A stretch of 64,000 bases of DNA, taken from the NCBI GenBank assembly GCA_964605705.1, contig CAZSDW010000002.1, positions 64,145 through 128,144 on the forward strand. Direction: 5' to 3'. The notes below the pieces were generated by a model. The model did no database searches, was not told where the DNA came from, and saw only the letters and a list, made by a program, of their open reading frames with translations. Both the position numbers and the translations under genes were made by a program. The DNA comes from an uncultured bacterium. Lineage in GTDB: Bacteria > Fidelibacterota > UBA2242. The first letter of the stretch is position 1; each line of letters opens with the position of its first letter. Below are positions 9,666 to 18,822 of the stretch, one piece after another.

Positions 9666-10625
9666 TTGGTCCATACCCCTGAAAAGCATCTTATTAAATC
9701 CTCACAAGTAATTCCCATGATTGTCGGTCCTACTGCCGTCGGTAAAACAGCTACCGCTATCGAATTGGCAAAACGGCTGGACGGTGAAATAATTTCCATC
9801 GATTCACGGCAGGTTTATAAAGGCATGGATATTGGTACGGCTAAAGCAACCCTGCGCCAGCAAAAGGAGATCCCCCATCATCTGATCGACATTCTTGAGC
9901 CCACCGAACAGATCAGCGCCGGTGCGTATCGTGAATTAGCCTTGAAAGCGGTCGATGAGATTCAAGCACGTGGTAGATTGCCGATTTTTGTCGGTGGCAG
10001 CGGATTGTATGTCAAGGTCATGGTTCAGGGGATTTTTCAGGAAAGTGTCACCGATGATCGAGTACGGGAAAAAATCCAGTCCGAGCTGACGACAATAGGT
10101 GCCGCGGCTCTCTATAATCGCCTGCTGGATATTGATCCGGAACTGGCAGTTAAAACCCATTTGAATGACACAAAGCGTATTACCAGAGCCCTGGAAATCT
10201 TTGAGATAACCGGTAAAGCACCCAGCGAACATTATCAGGATCAAGAAGCCGAACCACCCTTTCCACACAAGATATTTGTTCTGACGACAGATCGTGAAAG
10301 ACTGTACGAGAGTATCAATGAACGCGTTGATGAAATGATTGCCGATGGACTGGTCGAAGAGGTTGTAAACCTGCTCGATTCCGGACTGCGGGAAAACCTG
10401 GATTCCTTACTGACGCTGGGATATCAGGAAGTTGTCGCTTATCTGGATGGCGATTGCACTCATGCCGAGATGGTGGAAAATATCAAGCGTAATACGCGAC
10501 GCTATGCCAAGCGGCAGTTGACCTGGTTTCGCAATCAGCTGGATGCGATCTGGATACATGTACCGGAAAACCGATCAATCCCGGAAGTAGTAGAGCAGAT
10601 TACTGATCATTTACGGTTAAAATAA
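9666..10625 (+). CDS. miaA: tRNA dimethylallyltransferase (TTG at 9666; an alternative start is ATG at 9711)
   Basis: P-loop GPTAVGKT followed by SIDSRQVYKGMDIGTAK; classic mutL-miaA linkage. Confidence 0.9.
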   Translation: MVHTPEKHLIKSSQVIPMIVGPTAVGKTATAIELAKRLDGEIISIDSRQVYKGMDIGTAKATLRQQKEIPHHLIDILEPTEQISAGAYRELALKAVDEIQARGRLPIFVGGSGLYVKVMVQGIFQESVTDDRVREKIQSELTTIGAAALYNRLLDIDPELAVKTHLNDTKRITRALEIFEITGKAPSEHYQDQEAEPPFPHKIFVLTTDRERLYESINERVDEMIADGLVEEVVNLLDSGLRENLDSLLTLGYQEVVAYLDGDCTHAEMVENIKRNTRRYAKRQLTWFRNQLDAIWIHVPENRSIPEVVEQITDHLRLK

Positions 10626-10638
10626 ATCGATCTAAATA

Positions 10639-12087
10639 ATGTTATTCAACTCTTTTCAGTTCCTGATATTTTTCCCGATTGTCGTTGTATTCTATTTTGC
10701 GATTCCCTATAAATATCGCTGGATACTGCTCCTGCTCGCCAGTTATTATTTTTATATGTGCTGGAAGGCTGAGTACCTGTTTTTAATTATTGCTTCCACA
10801 TTGGTCGATTATTCTGCCGGTCTGAAAATGGGCAAAATCCCGGATAAACGGGGACGCCGGATGTACCTGATTCTGAGCCTGATTGCCAACCTTGGGCTGC
10901 TTTTCACGTTCAAATATTTCAATTTCTTCAATGCCTCATTCCAGCAATTATTCAGGCATTTTAATATCATGGTTTCCATACCGACGCTGAAAGTCCTGCT
11001 GCCGGTTGGGATCAGTTTTTACACGTTTCAAACCTTGAGTTATACGATTGATGTCTATCGCGGGAATCGGGAACCTGAAAAGCACCTGGGGATTTTCGCG
11101 CTGTATGTTTCATTTTTTCCGCAACTGGTTGCCGGACCGATTGAACGCTCGACGCGGCTGCTGCCCCAGTTTTTTGAAAAAATGGCATTCGATTCTCAAC
11201 GAGTGAAAGACGGACTACTGCTGATGACTTGGGGCTTTTTCAAAAAAATCGTCATTGCCGACTGGTTAGCGGTTTTTGTCAACCAGGTTTACAATCACCC
11301 GACAAATTATCCGGGATTAGCAGTGATCATTGCGACCTATTTCTTTGCATTTCAGATATATTGTGATTTTTCCGGTTATTCGGATATTGCCATTGGGGCG
11401 GCACAGGTGATGGGCTATAGCCTGATGCTCAATTTTAATCGCCCCTATTTTTCCAAATCCATTTCCGAATTCTGGAAGCGTTGGCACATTTCGCTCTCCA
11501 GCTGGTTCAGGGACTATCTCTATATTCCTCTGGGAGGTAATCGGGTTGTCCGTTACCGGATGTATCTGAATATTTTTATTGTGTTTCTGGTCAGTGGTTT
11601 ATGGCATGGTGCCAACTGGACCTTTGTCGTTTGGGGCGCGTTGCATGGATTTTACCTGTTGACGTCAATCTGGACAAGCTCGCTCCGGGACAGGATTTCC
11701 GATATAACCGGCATCAGTCGATTCCCCGTGTTTCGGCGGTATTTTAAAGTATTTATCACTTTTCACCTGGTGATCTTTTCGTGGATTTTTTTCCGGGCGA
11801 ATTCCCTTTCCGAGGCATTTTTTATCATTACAAACCTGTTTTCATCTTTTGACCTTGCTGCGATTTTGTCCATTGAGGGGTTTACCTTGCAGCATCTGGT
11901 CTTGTCGATGATTTCGATCCTGATTTTACTGGGAGTGGAACTATTTCAGCGGAATCACGATATCCGGGTCTGGTTGGGAAGTCGTCCAAAACTTATCCGC
12001 TGGCTGGTCTATTATGGCATCATAATGTTTATTTTAATATTTGGCGCTTACGATAATTCCAACGCGTTTATCTATTTTCAATTTTAA
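10639..12087 (+). CDS. MBOAT family membrane O-acyltransferase (AlgI/DltB/PatA-like)
   Basis: 482 aa polytopic membrane protein with the MBOAT region including the WHISLSSWFRDYLYIPLGG conserved His. Confidence 0.85.
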   Translation: MLFNSFQFLIFFPIVVVFYFAIPYKYRWILLLLASYYFYMCWKAEYLFLIIASTLVDYSAGLKMGKIPDKRGRRMYLILSLIANLGLLFTFKYFNFFNASFQQLFRHFNIMVSIPTLKVLLPVGISFYTFQTLSYTIDVYRGNREPEKHLGIFALYVSFFPQLVAGPIERSTRLLPQFFEKMAFDSQRVKDGLLLMTWGFFKKIVIADWLAVFVNQVYNHPTNYPGLAVIIATYFFAFQIYCDFSGYSDIAIGAAQVMGYSLMLNFNRPYFSKSISEFWKRWHISLSSWFRDYLYIPLGGNRVVRYRMYLNIFIVFLVSGLWHGANWTFVVWGALHGFYLLTSIWTSSLRDRISDITGISRFPVFRRYFKVFITFHLVIFSWIFFRANSLSEAFFIITNLFSSFDLAAILSIEGFTLQHLVLSMISILILLGVELFQRNHDIRVWLGSRPKLIRWLVYYGIIMFILIFGAYDNSNAFIYFQF

Positions 12088-12092
12088 ATTCT

Positions 12093-13019
12093 ATGGTCTG
12101 GAAACTCACAAGAAAAATACTTCTGTTGATGGTGCTGATTTTCGGTACAATTCTGCTTATTCTGTGGATTCCAATCAACCAACCAAACCATTATTTGCTG
12201 GCATCCATAGATAAGGAGAAACGGCTCGCCGAGACGGAATCACCCAAAATTGTTATCATTGGTGGTTCGAATACGGTTTTTAATGTCAACAGCCAGATAA
12301 TCCAGAAATCAACCGGATTCTCAGTAATCAACATGGGACTGCATGCGGGATTGGGATTAAAATATTCACTGAATGAAATCGAGAATTATATCCAATCAAA
12401 TGATGTCGTCATCATCATGCCGGAGTATGACCAGTTTTTCAGTAATCTCTTTTTTGGTGGCAGAATTGTCACCCGTTTGGTTTCACTGCGTCATGATGCT
12501 GTCAAATATATCAAGCACTATCGTCAATGGCTGGGATTGATCAAAAGCGCGGGTCTGGAAGTTCGTAGTAAATTGGTGGCTTTACTCGGGTATCAAAGTG
12601 ATGATGAAACCTACAGCCGCGATGCCTTTAATGATTATGGCGATATAAGGACTGATCTGATTGGTTTTGAATCCAATCCGGAATTGGCAAAAACTGATTA
12701 TGAAATTCGGTCAATGGACGAGTTAAGTACCGCGGCAATCAGTGAATTGAATAAATTTAATGATAGAATAATGCAAATAGGCGCTCGTGTGTACTTAGCA
12801 TTTTCGGCTGTTCCACGGGAGAAATACGGATCTTGCAGCTCACAAATAACCGGGTTATACGATTATTTACAGACTCACCTGGATTTTCCCATATTATTCG
12901 AGCCCGAAGAAACTTTATTCAGTTTAAACGATTTTTTTGATACATTATATCACTTAAATGACAACGGCAGACAACGATACACTGAAATACTTGTCAATTA
13001 TTTATTGAACTCACTTTAA
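12093..13019 (+). CDS. Membrane-anchored DltD/AlgX/PatB-like (SGNH-like) partner protein of the MBOAT acyltransferase
   Basis: N-terminal TM anchor, IVIIGGSNTVF block, C-terminal YHLNDNG (D-x-x-H-like), immediately downstream of the MBOAT gene. Family assignment is tentative. Confidence 0.45.
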   Translation: MVWKLTRKILLLMVLIFGTILLILWIPINQPNHYLLASIDKEKRLAETESPKIVIIGGSNTVFNVNSQIIQKSTGFSVINMGLHAGLGLKYSLNEIENYIQSNDVVIIMPEYDQFFSNLFFGGRIVTRLVSLRHDAVKYIKHYRQWLGLIKSAGLEVRSKLVALLGYQSDDETYSRDAFNDYGDIRTDLIGFESNPELAKTDYEIRSMDELSTAAISELNKFNDRIMQIGARVYLAFSAVPREKYGSCSSQITGLYDYLQTHLDFPILFEPEETLFSLNDFFDTLYHLNDNGRQRYTEILVNYLLNSL

Positions 13020-13041
13020 TTCAAAATATTTTTGAGGTTGC

Positions 13042-13935
13042 ATGCAGAGTGGAATGAGTGTTTTAGTGAAGTCCTATTTAGGACTTGTCCGTAGTTTCCG
13101 TCGGGGACGAGCCTTGACTCTGACAGATCAGCGGGAACGTCTGGAACATTTTGCACAGAATTTCAAAATTCCCGCGCTGGTTCAAATTGAACCGGTCAGG
13201 GTGGGTAAAATAGCTGCTGAGTGGATCATTCCACATGAAATCCGTCAAAGTGCAGTGGTTTACTACCTGCATGGCGGTGCATATTGTGCCGGCTCGCTGA
13301 ACACTCATCGGGCTTTTCTGGGTAACCTGGCACTGGTTTGTGGCTGCAAAGTATTGATTATTGACTATCGTCTGGCGCCGGAAAATCCCTTTCCGGCTGC
13401 ATTGGATGATGCCTATCAAGCTTATCGCTGGTTGATTGAACATCATTCCGCGCAGAAAATCATAGTAGCCGGTGACTCCGCCGGTGGTGGATTGACATTG
13501 GCATTAATGCTGAAACTCAGAGATGACTCTATTGATCTGCCGGCTGCCGGAGTATTGATGGCGCCCTGGGCGAACCTGACCTGCGACGATGAGAATTACC
13601 AGAAGGTTGGTAAAAAAGATGTGCTTCTTGATCAGGACCGTTTGAAACGGAATGCTCGAATGTATGCTGGGGATGAGGATTTGAAAAATCCACTGATCTC
13701 GCCAATATTTGCTAATCTGTCAAATTTACCACCGATTCTGATTCAGGTTGGTACCCATGACCTGTTGCTCGGTGATGCCAGGAGAATTGCCGCGAATATT
13801 GAAAAAAACGAAGGTAGTGTCGAGCTGAGTATCTGGGAAAAAATGATGCACGGCTGGCAGATTTTAGGAAACATGTTGCCGGAATCGCATAAAGCCATCT
13901 GGAAAATCAACCGCTTTATCGAGAAGAATACATAG
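13042..13935 (+). CDS. Alpha/beta hydrolase, hormone-sensitive-lipase-type esterase/lipase
   Basis: HGGG oxyanion motif (YLHGGAY), nucleophile elbow GDSAGG, C-terminal DxxxxH. Confidence 0.8.
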   Translation: MQSGMSVLVKSYLGLVRSFRRGRALTLTDQRERLEHFAQNFKIPALVQIEPVRVGKIAAEWIIPHEIRQSAVVYYLHGGAYCAGSLNTHRAFLGNLALVCGCKVLIIDYRLAPENPFPAALDDAYQAYRWLIEHHSAQKIIVAGDSAGGGLTLALMLKLRDDSIDLPAAGVLMAPWANLTCDDENYQKVGKKDVLLDQDRLKRNARMYAGDEDLKNPLISPIFANLSNLPPILIQVGTHDLLLGDARRIAANIEKNEGSVELSIWEKMMHGWQILGNMLPESHKAIWKINRFIEKNT

Positions 13936-13937
13936 TT

Positions 13938-14996
13938 TTGCGAAAATCACCTGTCCTTATATTATTGTTATTCTCAATCGCCTTGTCGGCAATGCCGAAG
14001 CTGGATTTCAATAAATTTTTCACTAAATCCAAATTTAATATTAATGACTTTATTGCCGATACATTGCTGGTGCCACTACCTTTGGACTCCATTGTCCTGA
14101 GTGGGAAAACCGGTGTAAAAACGATTGATGATCGGGCAATATCGGGGCGAATCCTGGACATTCAGCATAGTAAAAAATGGAAATACATACCGATTGACCA
14201 ATACATAATCATTCAGGATGATTTAGCAACGACAATGGGTAAGTATTTCGGGCGGGATTCTGTGCACTCCGCCGGTACGGTTTATATTAAAAATTTCTAT
14301 TTATGGTACGATGGCAAACCGGTGTTCAATAAAGGGCGAAAACTGAATGCCTATACAGTCCTTGAAGATTCAAGCGGTAATATTGTCAGCGACTGGATCT
14401 GGGAATTTACATTGAAGCCAAAAAAGAAACAGAAAAGCGAAGTGGTGATTGGTATTTTGATGGATCAATGGTTGACCAGGCAAGCGACGTCCCTGAAGGT
14501 CGAAAATTTTCACCGGAATGTCTATCCCTATCTATTCCGGCGGCAATTAATCAACTGGTGGGATTTTGTCCTTTTGCAGGATGGTTATATTCTGAATGGG
14601 CATTTGACGCTCGACTTTCCAGCTGACCAGGAAAAATCCTGGGTGCGCGGCTCAGCGGGAATTTTTTACCGAAAAGCGAAACACCACGAGTCAATTGCTG
14701 TTGGTGGTATGGACCAACAATGGTACAGCCGGATAAACCAGCAATTCATACGCCGGATGAATTTTACCTATCGCTTCGGTTTTAATAATTTCGACGCCGA
14801 TAAATATGCTCACCTCGATCCCTGGAACCTTTTCTTTGTAAATATCAGTGTAAACGCGGCAGTTGAATACCGTCCTGTTTATCTCAGGGGTTTATTTGCT
14901 GGAATCGGTCTGCATGGCTCGATCAATATTCTGCCGGATGTTATCAAGCGGATTGAGCCAGGTTTACTGATGACAATTGGGGTAATTCTGCCATGA
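13938..14996 (+). CDS. Hypothetical secreted protein (signal peptide), 352 aa
   Basis: N-terminal hydrophobic signal; no recognisable domain; translationally coupled (ATGA overlap) to the downstream TonB-dependent receptor. Confidence 0.5.
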   Translation: MRKSPVLILLLFSIALSAMPKLDFNKFFTKSKFNINDFIADTLLVPLPLDSIVLSGKTGVKTIDDRAISGRILDIQHSKKWKYIPIDQYIIIQDDLATTMGKYFGRDSVHSAGTVYIKNFYLWYDGKPVFNKGRKLNAYTVLEDSSGNIVSDWIWEFTLKPKKKQKSEVVIGILMDQWLTRQATSLKVENFHRNVYPYLFRRQLINWWDFVLLQDGYILNGHLTLDFPADQEKSWVRGSAGIFYRKAKHHESIAVGGMDQQWYSRINQQFIRRMNFTYRFGFNNFDADKYAHLDPWNLFFVNISVNAAVEYRPVYLRGLFAGIGLHGSINILPDVIKRIEPGLLMTIGVILP

Positions 14997-17314
14997 AGCG
15001 CATAATACATATATTGCTGCTAATGTTTTTGGCAAGTCCTCTGACAGCGGTGAATATATCGGGTTACGTGGTCGATCAGGAAACCGGCGAGACAATTATC
15101 GGTGTCAATGTCATGGTCGAGGGCAATGGACAGGGCGCGGCGACGGATGTTAAGGGATTTTTCATTATCCGTAATTTGGAAGAAGGTCAGCATAGCTTAC
15201 GATTTTCTCATATTGCCTATAAACCGTTAATCCAAACTTATACACTCTTTCGGAAGGACCTGCATCTCGGTGAAATTCCATTAGAGCCACAATCAATCCA
15301 GACTGAAGCGGTCGAAGTACTTGGACAGCGTGGCTCCATTATTCAGAAAGATATGGATATTGCCAGTTTTGAGATGGACCCGATTATCCTCACCGAGATA
15401 CCGCAGCTCGGCAAAGATGTTTTTCAGATGGTAAAACTGTCACCAAGCGTGACGGTTTCTGATCCATTTTCACCGCAATATTATGTGCGGGGCAGCGATC
15501 CCGGTGAAAATCTTGTCCAGTTGGATGGAATGACAATCTACAATCCGCAGCATTTTATGGGGTCAAATGCGATTTTCAATCCCTATGCCATCAAAAACAT
15601 TGAAATGCTGGTTGGTGGCTTCGATGCCGAGTACGGAGGACGAAATTCATCGATTTTAAATATCAGCTCAAGGGAAGGTCACCAGAGTGAAGTCCATGGA
15701 GAATTCAGACCGTCGATTTCGGGGCTTTCGGGAGCGCTGGAATTTCCTGCCGGACAAAATGCCACTGCGATGGTTTCCGGTAGAATGCTGACCGATGTGA
15801 GTTTTACAGTGATGATGGGATCACCAAATCTGATGGCGGATTTCAATGGCGCTTATCAGAAGAGCTTTCGTAAAACCAAACTGCGGTTATCAGCATTTTA
15901 TGCCCGGGATTATATGGATTACAGTATTGATGCCTTGATACTGTTTTTCCCCGAGACAATATTTGAGGATTTCAAAGAAGGATATATTGCCAATACAAGC
16001 AATAAGGCTTTGGGTGTTCAAAGCAGCACGGTCCTGACGCCGAACCTGCTCCTGGAATCACATCTCTACTATTCTGGCTCGGAGGTTGACAATAAAACCG
16101 CCTTTAGCTATTCCTTTAAGGATTCGACTTCCGAGACGGACTTTGCCATGGATTACAGGACCCGGATCGAAAATTCCATTAATGATGTTACCTTTAAATC
16201 GCATCTGTCGTGGTTTACATTCTGGAACCAAAGCCTGAAACTGGGAATAGAAATCAACCGCCTGCGGTTCATGAATCGGCTGGGCAGTTTTGATATTCAA
16301 TCTGAGAAGTCGATCTATTTCACGACATTTCAAGCCTTTTTCCTGCAGGATAAAATTGAATTTGGGAAATTGTTATTCAAAATCGGTGTTCGTAATTCGA
16401 GGGAGATTAATACAACTAAGTGGCGTCAGGAACCACGGATTTCAGCAACATTGAAGGTTTCAGACCTGACATTCAAATTGGCTTATGGTCACTATTATCA
16501 GTATTTGACGACATTGGATTCTAAAAACAATGAATTTGTTCAGTTCCTGGATTACTATAATCCACTTGTGGGACTGGACCCACTCTTTTCAATTCACCAT
16601 ATATTTGGGATTGAGGGTAAAATTACTGAACGTCTCGATTATTCTTTTACGGCATATTATAAAGATTTACGGACACTTTACCGGTCCAGTTATGAATCCG
16701 GCGGAATGGCGGTCAATCACCAAAGTCATTTTGAAAAAGGGAGCGGTGAATCCTACGGATTCGAACTCCTGTTTCGGGGTGAAATCGGGAAATTATCCGG
16801 ATGGGTAGGGTACACCTATACTCATGGTACCAGAAATTACCCAATGGTCCTGAATGGAAAAACCGTGCTCTTCGATGGCGACCAACCTCATAATTTCAAA
16901 TCTGTTCTGCTTTATAAACTTACTGAAGATATCACTGCCAGCTCGACACTGCAGTTCACCTCTGGTTTTCCGAGAACCTGGGAAACCGGTATGTTGATGC
17001 ACTATTATTATGATCCGTTGTGGAATGGTCTGGGTGCTGCGCCAACGAATATTACACCGGTTAAAAATAATGTCCGCTACCCGCCGCGACTGATCTGGGA
17101 CATCGGCTGGAAAAAGAAACTGCGGGATGGATTCGGTTACCATCTGGCTGAATATCTGGGCGCTGATGACGCCATTTTTGCAATGACAATACGTAACCTT
17201 CTGTTTCTGCACCGGGACCCGCAATATTACTTCTATTTCCCGAATTATGGTTATTATGGTTTTGATTTTCAATTTCTGCCCAGCATATCAGCAGGTTACA
17301 GTATCAGGTTTTAA
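14993..17314 (+). CDS. TonB-dependent receptor with N-terminal carboxypeptidase-regulatory-like domain
   Basis: Signal peptide, CarbopepD_reg-like region (ISGYVVDQETGETIIGVNV), plug motifs (VRGSDPGENLVQLDGMTIYNP) and a long beta-barrel ending in an aromatic residue. Confidence 0.8.
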   Translation: MKRIIHILLLMFLASPLTAVNISGYVVDQETGETIIGVNVMVEGNGQGAATDVKGFFIIRNLEEGQHSLRFSHIAYKPLIQTYTLFRKDLHLGEIPLEPQSIQTEAVEVLGQRGSIIQKDMDIASFEMDPIILTEIPQLGKDVFQMVKLSPSVTVSDPFSPQYYVRGSDPGENLVQLDGMTIYNPQHFMGSNAIFNPYAIKNIEMLVGGFDAEYGGRNSSILNISSREGHQSEVHGEFRPSISGLSGALEFPAGQNATAMVSGRMLTDVSFTVMMGSPNLMADFNGAYQKSFRKTKLRLSAFYARDYMDYSIDALILFFPETIFEDFKEGYIANTSNKALGVQSSTVLTPNLLLESHLYYSGSEVDNKTAFSYSFKDSTSETDFAMDYRTRIENSINDVTFKSHLSWFTFWNQSLKLGIEINRLRFMNRLGSFDIQSEKSIYFTTFQAFFLQDKIEFGKLLFKIGVRNSREINTTKWRQEPRISATLKVSDLTFKLAYGHYYQYLTTLDSKNNEFVQFLDYYNPLVGLDPLFSIHHIFGIEGKITERLDYSFTAYYKDLRTLYRSSYESGGMAVNHQSHFEKGSGESYGFELLFRGEIGKLSGWVGYTYTHGTRNYPMVLNGKTVLFDGDQPHNFKSVLLYKLTEDITASSTLQFTSGFPRTWETGMLMHYYYDPLWNGLGAAPTNITPVKNNVRYPPRLIWDIGWKKKLRDGFGYHLAEYLGADDAIFAMTIRNLLFLHRDPQYYFYFPNYGYYGFDFQFLPSISAGYSIRF

Positions 17315-17315
17315 G

Positions 17316-18095
17316 ATGATGAAGCAATTAAAAATACTATTTTTTATCCTGGCGGTTTGCCTGATAGGGATGAATACCTGTGATTTGCCGACTGATCCGG
17401 GACCGATGCCCAAAGATTTGATCGATACAAGATTTGAACCGGGACTGAATATTTTTGGTGTTTTGCGGGCGGACAGCGTCAGCGGCAGCTCCTTTATCCA
17501 TGTGGAGAAAGCGCTCCTGACAGAAGAGATGTATAGCGAATCGGATATATTTGATTCGACAGTTATTGTTCAGGTAACTGACACGCTGACCGGTGAAACG
17601 TTTGATTTTAATGCAATTGAGGATACAACGCATCGCGGATACTATTATAATGATGAATTTTATCCCGAGCCCGGACATTATTACACGATTGAAATCCAAT
17701 CGGACAGTTTGCCAACACTGACCGCCGGGACGACAGTTCCGATGCAGCCACAGATCACTTCAAGTACTCTTTCAATTGAAACTAACAAAGTATGCTTTGA
17801 TCTGCAGCTGACTGCGGATACTTATCAATATAACTTTTACCTGTTCGTGGGCGAAGATATCATTGAAAAACAGATTGCCAATGACAAATCCGGTACGACC
17901 ACAGTAAGCATTGATTTTCCCGAATCCGCAGGTTCCCCAACCGGATTGGTTATCATCGGATACGACCGGAACCTGACGGAGTATTTGAATTCCTCACCAG
18001 CTTTTATACCCCAAACCTTTCACGAAATGGTCAATACAGTTAAAAACGGCTACGGATGTTTTGGGTCGCTGGCGGTGATGACAATTGGATTATAG
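17316..18095 (+). CDS. DUF4249-like lipoprotein commonly paired with CarbopepD_reg TonB-dependent receptors
   Basis: Signal peptide plus lipobox-like NTCD, ~260 aa, position immediately after the receptor; the family call is from memory. Confidence 0.5.
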   Translation: MMKQLKILFFILAVCLIGMNTCDLPTDPGPMPKDLIDTRFEPGLNIFGVLRADSVSGSSFIHVEKALLTEEMYSESDIFDSTVIVQVTDTLTGETFDFNAIEDTTHRGYYYNDEFYPEPGHYYTIEIQSDSLPTLTAGTTVPMQPQITSSTLSIETNKVCFDLQLTADTYQYNFYLFVGEDIIEKQIANDKSGTTTVSIDFPESAGSPTGLVIIGYDRNLTEYLNSSPAFIPQTFHEMVNTVKNGYGCFGSLAVMTIGL

Positions 18096-18124
18096 ATGAC
18101 TTCAAATATTCTCCCCGGAGAGTT

Positions 18125-18164
18125 GAAACCTTCACAAGGATAAAAATTATCCTTCTGAAGGTTC
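18125..18164. repeat. Imperfect palindromic repeat, copy A (gaaaCCTTcacAAGGATAA-aaa-TTATCCTTctgAAGGttc); candidate bidirectional terminator / insertion boundary
   Basis: ~18-bp arms with a 3-nt loop, seen directly; a related copy lies at 20227..20297. Confidence 0.6.
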
Positions 18165-18190
18165 AGAGTTCGGAAATGCTAAACTGGGAA

Positions 18191-18643
18191 TTATTTTCTT
18201 AATTTCAGTCTGTTGATTTCCTGCTGGATTTCGGGGATTACTTCCTGATTATGGATGACTTTTTTCCCGTCATGTTTGATTGAGAACAGGTAAAAAACTT
18301 TGCCACCAAATTCTTGGGTGAATTTTTTGTGGGTTTCTTTTTGAAATCCTTTTTCTTTGTAGATTTGGGAAATATGTGTGACTCCACTGACCGGTTTGAT
18401 TTGTAATCCAATGTACTTGTCGAAGATTTTTATAAAGAAATCAACGTTGTACAATCGATCCCAGTTGTCCGGCGCCGGTTCGATTTTAACTTCGAGTAAT
18501 TTTTGTAATTGTCCGTATATTGTATTTATTTCAGTAGTATAGCCGTCAAATGTTCGATCAATAACTAACTGGTATATGTAATTGATGCAATCATCTTCGG
18601 TGATGTTTTCCACTTCAGCAGCGATGACTTCTGTAATTTTCAC
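18191..18643 (-). CDS. Hypothetical 150-aa protein, candidate cognate restriction endonuclease or specificity partner of the adjacent methyltransferase (GTG start)
   Basis: Co-directional and 180 bp downstream of the MTase in an AT-rich island. A possible degenerate PD-...QxK arrangement (NVD...LQIK) is only suggestive. Confidence 0.35.
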   Translation of the reverse strand: MKITEVIAAEVENITEDDCINYIYQLVIDRTFDGYTTEINTIYGQLQKLLEVKIEPAPDNWDRLYNVDFFIKIFDKYIGLQIKPVSGVTHISQIYKEKGFQKETHKKFTQEFGGKVFYLFSIKHDGKKVIHNQEVIPEIQQEINRLKLRK

Positions 18644-18822
18644 ATAGAGTTTGCGTCCGAGTTCTTCGATATGGTCACGTGTTCTGACGTTTTTAAATTA
18701 TATGTTCGCCATGTATCAATATCTCTTTGGGAGAACATTTTCGGATTTCTTCGGAAACGGCGCCGACATTCCGCTTAAAATTCAATTGAAAGCGGTTCAT
18801 TGCCGAGTTAAGGATCCATTCT

